Positions 58,660 to 64,000 of a stretch of 64,000 nucleotides of DNA are shown here, one piece after another. The notes below the pieces were generated by a model, which was not told the DNA's origin, made no database searches, and saw only the letters and a list, made by a program, of their open reading frames with translations. The translations under genes were made by a program, and so were the position numbers. Each line of letters opens with the position of its first letter. The first letter of the stretch is position 1. Location: positions 8,097 through 72,096 of the forward strand of contig JAQTQJ010000010.1 of assembly GCA_028712255.1 (NCBI GenBank), in the 5' to 3' direction. The stretch is from Candidatus Omnitrophota bacterium (lineage in GTDB: Bacteria; Omnitrophota; Gorgyraeia; Gygaellales; Profunditerraquicolaceae).

Positions 58660-60685
58660 ATTAAAAAGTAAATTTTTATTATTTATTTTTGTTTTATCAA
58701 TCTTGGCAACATTTATCTTTAGGCCAGGCGAAAATAAAGTTGTTAATCTAAACGAAGATGATTGGTTCGTTACTACCGATTCAGGCTGGAAAGGTGCATC
58801 AAATGGGCAAGTTGTCAGTACCGGAAACAACCTTTGGCCGGTTGAACTTAGGTACCGGTTAATAGCCACAAAACTCTGGCCGTGGCCGGAGATCGATTTT
58901 TGGTTAAAATTTAGAAAAGAACATGATTTAAGCAAGTATTCCGGCATAAAATTAGTAATAACCAGCCAGCAAAAAGATGAAATTTACGTTTATTTTATGG
59001 CCGAGGATCAAAATTTAAAACTGCTTAAGCCTCTGGCCCAAAAATGCCGGTTAAATGGCAAGCCGAATCAGGAAATTTTCCTTCTTTTTTCCGATTTTCA
59101 AATACCTAAGGATTGGAGTGCGCGGGTTAGCGGTTTTAACAGCGTTTTTAAATGGGATAAAACCAGACGTTTGGGAATACACAAAAAAGGCAGCGATAAA
59201 GAGGAAGGGAAGCTTTTAATTAAGCAAATCCAACTTTTTAACAATCCGAGTTCAAAAGGAAAAATACTGGAAAGGACAAGGCCGCCAAAGCATTACACTT
59301 TTGATTTGACTCTTAAGCCCGGCAATTATGATAATGAAATTGTTATTTTAGATTCAGACCATGATCCCGTAGGCCCATATTTTTATGGCGCAAACTGGGG
59401 TGTTTGGCTTGATCTACCTGATAAAGACAAAACAGCTTTTTTAGAGTTAAAAGTTATCAGGGCAGGAGGGCCTTTTATGGATAGGTATGATTGGCGCAAA
59501 TCAAAATTTACCTTCCCCGGAAATGACCGCAAATTAAATATGGTTAGCCTGGATGAGTTTATTAAATATTGCCGTAATATCGGGGCTGAACCTTTAATCC
59601 AGGTAAGCGCTTTGGGGGATAATCCGGCTGAAAATGCCGCCGAACTTTTGAGATATCTTAATCAGGAAAAAGGATATGGGGTAAAATTCTTTGAGATAGG
59701 CAATGAGCCTTTTATCTGGCACCAGGTGCATTTTGACCTTTGTGATCATCCTTGTTCACTGGCCGAATATTTCGTAATATTTAAGAAGATATCCTTAGCC
59801 TTACGGAATACACAAGAAAGTATCAACCCGGATTTTAAAATAAGCATTTTTGCCCCCGGGATTGAAACAGCTTGGCTTGACTGGAGTACCCTTTCGGGAA
59901 AAGATGGTAAAAAACCAGTGCTTGGTCAGTTTTTGAAGATGTGCAAAGATTTCGAAAAAGACAGGAAATTAAACCCAAAAGGAATAAGGCTGATCGACGT
60001 TTTAAGTTTTCATCTCTTTCCTTCCTTTAAGGGCGCCCAACCTTTAAAAGGCGAAATTGATGACTCGCTTATTTTAGAGTCGGCCCAAACATGGTATAGG
60101 CCCGATTATCTGAATAAATATGACAGCTCTTTACCTTTGAATAAACCTGGCGGCGTTATCCCCAGGCTTAAAGATATAATAAAAAACAATTATCCCGGTA
60201 TAAAGTTGGCGCTTACCGAATTTAATCTTGAATCTAAATCAATGGTTGACTATGATCCTTTAACCAAGGTCCTCTATTTAGCCGACCTCTACGGGATTCT
60301 GGCAAGATCAGGGGTAGATTATTTTATGCAGTTTTGTTTGAATTCCAGCGACCAAAATACTGCGCTATTGGATGATCTTGATAACATTACGCCGCTTTAC
60401 CATTCCCTGGCTTTATTTGCCAGGAATTTTAACGGTAATATTTTAGAGGTAAAAAACACTCACCCCGAAAAGCTTAGCATCTACGCATGTAATAAAGGCC
60501 AAGATATAGTTATTATGGCAATTAACAAGGAAAACTTTGCAAAAAAAGCGAAGGTTTTATTGAAGGTTAATGATCAATTCAATTTTAGTTTATCTTTTCC
60601 TGCTCTGAGCCTTACCTGCGTAAAAATAGATAAACTGAATCAGAAAGCCGAATGCTGGGAATATGGAAAAGAACAGATTAATTGA
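58652..60685 (+). CDS. secreted or membrane-anchored TIM-barrel glycoside hydrolase-like protein (clan GH-A-like)
   Basis: N-terminal signal/TM. …FEIGNEPFIW… (candidate acid/base NEP) and …LALTEFNLES… (candidate nucleophile TE) in the clan-A order and spacing (about 170 aa apart). The start is probably the ATG at 58652. Confidence 0.45.
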   Translation: MSKLKSKFLLFIFVLSILATFIFRPGENKVVNLNEDDWFVTTDSGWKGASNGQVVSTGNNLWPVELRYRLIATKLWPWPEIDFWLKFRKEHDLSKYSGIKLVITSQQKDEIYVYFMAEDQNLKLLKPLAQKCRLNGKPNQEIFLLFSDFQIPKDWSARVSGFNSVFKWDKTRRLGIHKKGSDKEEGKLLIKQIQLFNNPSSKGKILERTRPPKHYTFDLTLKPGNYDNEIVILDSDHDPVGPYFYGANWGVWLDLPDKDKTAFLELKVIRAGGPFMDRYDWRKSKFTFPGNDRKLNMVSLDEFIKYCRNIGAEPLIQVSALGDNPAENAAELLRYLNQEKGYGVKFFEIGNEPFIWHQVHFDLCDHPCSLAEYFVIFKKISLALRNTQESINPDFKISIFAPGIETAWLDWSTLSGKDGKKPVLGQFLKMCKDFEKDRKLNPKGIRLIDVLSFHLFPSFKGAQPLKGEIDDSLILESAQTWYRPDYLNKYDSSLPLNKPGGVIPRLKDIIKNNYPGIKLALTEFNLESKSMVDYDPLTKVLYLADLYGILARSGVDYFMQFCLNSSDQNTALLDDLDNITPLYHSLALFARNFNGNILEVKNTHPEKLSIYACNKGQDIVIMAINKENFAKKAKVLLKVNDQFNFSLSFPALSLTCVKIDKLNQKAECWEYGKEQIN

Positions 60686-62576
60686 ACTGTCGGTAGTCAT
60701 CCCGACCTACAACAGAAAAAAATTTTTAAAGGAATGTGTCAATTCCCTTCTTAATCAGGATTACCCGGCTGAGAAATATGAAATTATTGTTGTTGACGAC
60801 GGATCTAGCGACGGGACAGATTTAATGATGGCATCTTTCACCGAGAGTCATCCAAATATTGAATATTTGCAAAGGGAGCATCAAGGGCCGGCTGCCGCCA
60901 GGAATGCTGGAATCAAGCATTCAAGCGGTCAAATCATAGCTTTAACGGATAATGATTGCCTACCGGCTAAAAATTGGGTAGGTAGTATTCTAAGGTCCCA
61001 TAAACTGCATAATGAAGCATTGGCAGTAGGAGGGTTAACCGAAGTCAGCCCACGCAATATCAAAGCTTTGGTAAGCCAATCATTGAGCAATGGGGCAATG
61101 TCGGTTGAAATTAAAAATAAAAAAGAACTTATTTTTTTCCCCACCTGCAATGTTTCTTTTAAAAAAGAATACCTTTTTGAGAATTTTAATGAATTATTTC
61201 CTTTGCCCGCAGGAGAGGATTTAGAATTCTTTTGGAGGATTTTTAAAGGGGGGAGTAAATTTGTCTATGATGAAAAAATCGGGGTTTTCCACAATTGCCA
61301 CCCCAATTTCAGATCTTTCCTGAAACAGGCATATATGTATGGAAAAGGCAATTTTCTCGTTCAGCATCTCCATAAGGACCACCCTTTATTAAAGGAAATA
61401 TTACCGCAGAGTTTCTGTGCATTTGTTTTAGGCACAACCGTTAATTTTTTAAAAATTCCGCGCTTTTCTTACCTTTTGGGTTCTAGTCTTATTGCCTCTG
61501 GTTTAAATTTAAACGGATACGAAAAATTTCAGGTTTATTTTTATTTTACTTTGCATAAAATAATGTATTTAGCCGGTAATATCGCGGAATTTACAAGGGT
61601 AGAAAGGTTAAATAAGGAAAATGAAATTATAAAAAAACCAAAGCTGCTTATTTTAGATATAACCCATGAATGCAATCTCAAATGCAGGATTTGCGATATC
61701 TGGAAGACATCGTCATCCGAAATTAACCTCGATTTTCGTTATATTAGAAAACTCCTTTTTGAAGCCAGGGAATTAAAAATAAAAGAAATTGCCCTTTCCG
61801 GAGGGGAACCCTTATTAAGAAACGATATATTTGAGATATTCGACTACGCAAAAAAAATCGGGCTTAAAAATATTGGGATTTTAACTAATGGCATGCTTGT
61901 TGAACGCCACCTAGAAAAGTTAAAACCATATCTGATCACCGGCTTCGTGTCGCCGGTTATTTCATTCGATTCTTTAAACCCCCAACTGCATAACCATATA
62001 AGGAATAATGGTCTGGCCTGGCAGATGACCAAAAAGGCATTAAATATGCTGGCTTCCTTAAAAAAAGAACATCCCAAGACAAATTTTAACGTAATTACAA
62101 TAATCTTGGGGCAGAATCTGGAAGAGCTACAGGAGCTTGCTGTATTCGTGAAATCATTAAACGCTAATTCATTACAGTTCCAGCCGCTTTTAGCCAATAA
62201 CCTAGATATGGCGGAAAGGAAAAGTTCCCCTTTCTGGGTTCCCAGGGACAGATTATTGGTTCTTGATTCTGTGATTGACGGCTTAATAGGGCTGAAGAGA
62301 AAAGACCCACGATTTATCAAAAATTCGGAAAGGAATTTATCGCTTATAAAAAAGTATTACCGCCAAACCCTGACTTATTTTGATGCTAGCTGTCTTTCAG
62401 CGGATAAAACCGTTTTGGTCGCCAATCAAGGCGATTTCAGGACCTGTTTTTCTGGTTACGGAGATATTAAAAGCCAGGGGTTAAAACAGGTATTACAGGG
62501 TAAAAAAATAATCCAGGTTCGCCAAAAGGCAAGAAAATGTTCATCTCCCTGCCTTTTGCCCTGCTTTTTTGATTAA
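60663..62576 (+). CDS. fusion protein: N-terminal GT2 (GT-A) glycosyltransferase + C-terminal radical SAM domain with a Cys-rich SPASM/twitch-like tail
   Basis: GT2 block: LSVVIPTYNRKKF…VVDDGSSDGT…TDNDC. Radical SAM block: LLILDITHECNLKCRICDIW (CX3CX2C) and SGGEPLL. C-terminus: …CFSGYGD…CSSPCLLPCFF. Single uninterrupted 637-aa ORF. Confidence 0.75.
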   Translation: MEKNRLIELSVVIPTYNRKKFLKECVNSLLNQDYPAEKYEIIVVDDGSSDGTDLMMASFTESHPNIEYLQREHQGPAAARNAGIKHSSGQIIALTDNDCLPAKNWVGSILRSHKLHNEALAVGGLTEVSPRNIKALVSQSLSNGAMSVEIKNKKELIFFPTCNVSFKKEYLFENFNELFPLPAGEDLEFFWRIFKGGSKFVYDEKIGVFHNCHPNFRSFLKQAYMYGKGNFLVQHLHKDHPLLKEILPQSFCAFVLGTTVNFLKIPRFSYLLGSSLIASGLNLNGYEKFQVYFYFTLHKIMYLAGNIAEFTRVERLNKENEIIKKPKLLILDITHECNLKCRICDIWKTSSSEINLDFRYIRKLLFEARELKIKEIALSGGEPLLRNDIFEIFDYAKKIGLKNIGILTNGMLVERHLEKLKPYLITGFVSPVISFDSLNPQLHNHIRNNGLAWQMTKKALNMLASLKKEHPKTNFNVITIILGQNLEELQELAVFVKSLNANSLQFQPLLANNLDMAERKSSPFWVPRDRLLVLDSVIDGLIGLKRKDPRFIKNSERNLSLIKKYYRQTLTYFDASCLSADKTVLVANQGDFRTCFSGYGDIKSQGLKQVLQGKKIIQVRQKARKCSSPCLLPCFFD

Positions 62577-63505
62577 TGGCTGAAGTAGTGAAAAGAAGAT
62601 ATATAAAAATGAATTTAAGCAGGCTTAAAAATATTTTCCTGAATATATTAATAGTGCTTTCCATTATTTTTATAGCCAGGAATATATATAAATTCTGGCC
62701 TCTTATCGTCAATGTAAAAATTAAAATAAACCTGCTTTATTTCGCCGCGATTAGTTTTTTAATTATCAGCCAGCATTTTTTCTACGTGTTTGTTTGGAAA
62801 AAACTGCTTAATTACCTAGCTGTAAACTTTTCCTATTCTGAATTGCTGAAGCTTCACTTTTTTACCATAGTTACGAAATATATCCCCGGCCAAATTTGGT
62901 TTCCTTTAGCCAGGGGAAAATATATCATCGATAGAGGAGTAAGTGTGCGGCGGACAAGTTTTATTATTCTGCTCGATTTGTCTTTAGGGCTAGGCGCAGC
63001 TTTGTTATTGATAATCGGATGTTTCTTTATATATAAGTGGAACAACTCTTTAACCGTCTATCCGCCGGCGATTGTTATTGGCCTGGCCTATATATTTAAA
63101 GATAAACGCAAACAATATATTAAAAGCTTAAGCAGCTTTAAAGAAAAAGCAATAATTTTTATGAAAACAATATTTAAATTTTTTCATTATTACCTGGCTT
63201 TAGCTCTTTTTGACGGAATAATCTTTTATCTGTTTTTTAATTTGTTCGTATCGGTTGAATTCCAAAAAATACCGGTTTTTATCGGTTTAAATTCTATACT
63301 CAGGATAATTTTTAGCATTTTGCCTAACCAGCTTGGTATCGGGGAAACAGTACAGTTATTTTTGTTAAAATATTTTTTGGTTGCGCCATATTTTATTTTA
63401 ATCCCTTTATTAATCAGGTGCTGGAAGGTCGCTATCGACTTACTGCTCTTTTCAGTTATCCTGACTTACAAAAAACCGCAATATTTAGCCAAAGAGGTAA
63501 AATGA
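62576..63505 (+). CDS. flippase-like polytopic membrane protein (lysylphosphatidylglycerol-synthase-TM-like / UPF0104 type)
   Basis: 309 aa, about 8 TM with a basic N-terminus. The start overlaps the previous stop (TAATG). Confidence 0.45.
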   Translation: MAEVVKRRYIKMNLSRLKNIFLNILIVLSIIFIARNIYKFWPLIVNVKIKINLLYFAAISFLIISQHFFYVFVWKKLLNYLAVNFSYSELLKLHFFTIVTKYIPGQIWFPLARGKYIIDRGVSVRRTSFIILLDLSLGLGAALLLIIGCFFIYKWNNSLTVYPPAIVIGLAYIFKDKRKQYIKSLSSFKEKAIIFMKTIFKFFHYYLALALFDGIIFYLFFNLFVSVEFQKIPVFIGLNSILRIIFSILPNQLGIGETVQLFLLKYFLVAPYFILIPLLIRCWKVAIDLLLFSVILTYKKPQYLAKEVK

Positions 63506-64000
63506 AAAATAAAATATTCCTAATTGCTGTAATTTTTATTTTTTGCATAGGTATAATCGCCCATATCTTTTTTAAGGATAAATCGGATTTTAGCGAAAAG
63601 AACTATAAGTTGATGAAAAAAATAATTTCGCTGGAAAAAGCAAAATTCCGTAAGTTATCCCTAAAGGTAGAACCTTTCCAGCCGGTTCTGACCGGAGACC
63701 ATTTAAAATTTGTTTTAAGGGATGATTTGGGAAACCAGTGGCTTTTTAAAGAACAGAACGACTTCAATCAGGTAAAGAAAATGCTGGCTGTTTACCAGTT
63801 CACTAAAATTTGCGGAATCAATTTTCCGGAGACACATGAAGTTACCTTAACCATAAACGGTAAAGAAACCAATGGAATAATTACCAGATTTTATTCTGAG
63901 GCGGTTAACCTGGGTGATATTTCCCCTGAAGGGCTGGGTAAAAAATCAATCGAAGAGCTGCAAAGGCTGCATGCCTTAGACTGGCTTTTATTTAATTTTG
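63502..64000 (+). CDS. 5' part of a gene truncated by the window end. N-terminal TM, then a domain ending …LHALDWLLFNF (possibly kinase-like)
   Basis: The ATG overlaps the previous stop (ATGA). Open to the end of the window. Confidence 0.4.
   Translation, partial: MKNKIFLIAVIFIFCIGIIAHIFFKDKSDFSEKNYKLMKKIISLEKAKFRKLSLKVEPFQPVLTGDHLKFVLRDDLGNQWLFKEQNDFNQVKKMLAVYQFTKICGINFPETHEVTLTINGKETNGIITRFYSEAVNLGDISPEGLGKKSIEELQRLHALDWLLFNF

Noticed and set aside
1-64000. Search for tRNA/tmRNA genes, CRISPR repeats, IS elements/transposases, integrases and attachment sites
   Set aside because: GTTCGA/GTTCAA T-loop-like strings occur only inside coding regions without matching acceptor stems. I saw no regularly spaced direct repeats, no transposase or integrase-like ORF, and no inverted terminal repeats.

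Overview
This is a 64-kb AT-rich bacterial chromosomal segment, roughly 35% GC by eye. It is gene-dense and almost all genes are on the + strand. Many junctions have overlapping stop and start codons (ATGA or TAATG), which suggests long operons. I found no tRNA, rRNA, CRISPR array, transposase or integrase.

Gene content in order:
- (1) A restriction-modification-like operon. It contains a textbook C5 cytosine DNA methyltransferase. Upstream are a translationally coupled unknown 324-aa partner and a truncated further upstream gene. Downstream are a TM-anchored unknown protein and an orphan ParB-like HTH gene on the - strand.
- (2) Two lipoproteins, then an Hsp20 gene with a sigma70-like promoter and strong RBS, then an intramembrane histidine kinase with a REC-only regulator.
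- (3) A PilZ protein, a class-A beta-lactamase-fold serine hydrolase and a TPR protein.
- (4) A six-gene respiratory-complex-I / group-4-hydrogenase-like membrane module (HyfB/C/E/F-like antiporter subunits, a fused NuoC-NuoD-like large subunit, and a NuoB-like small subunit). The large subunit has lost the [NiFe]-ligating cysteines, which makes it an Ehr-type complex (energy-converting hydrogenase related). The module has its own promoter and a strong rho-independent terminator.
- (5) A P-type cation ATPase.
- (6) A MoxR AAA+ / DUF58 pair followed by two very large membrane or secreted proteins, one a 902-aa coiled-coil protein and both carrying Ig-like domains.
- (7) A roughly 3.3-kb gene-decay zone. 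It holds a split radical-SAM/SPASM pseudogene, a probably frameshifted UbiA prenyltransferase, further ORF fragments, and a strongly signalled 36-aa lysine-rich small ORF.
- (8) A roughly 32-kb glycan-assembly locus.

The glycan locus is built from duplicated modules. It has four cobalamin-binding (class B) radical SAM enzymes and five GT-C (ArnT/PMT/GT39-like) membrane glycosyltransferases. One of the GT-C genes is interrupted by a frameshift in a T9 tract. It also has two membrane-anchored SGNH hydrolases and a polyprenyl-phosphate sugar synthase-like GT2. A U32-like pair, an O-antigen-ligase-like protein, a GT4 and a WecA/MraY-family initiating transferase follow. The locus continues with a UGM-like flavoenzyme and a Wzm/Wzt ABC exporter; Wzt carries a roughly 650-aa C-terminal extension made of three internal repeats. 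It ends with a clan GH-A-like hydrolase, an unusual GT2-radical SAM (SPASM/twitch-like) fusion protein and a flippase-like membrane protein.

The most novel-looking signal is the B12-radical-SAM / GT-C / SGNH modular glycosylation system together with the GT2-radical SAM fusion.
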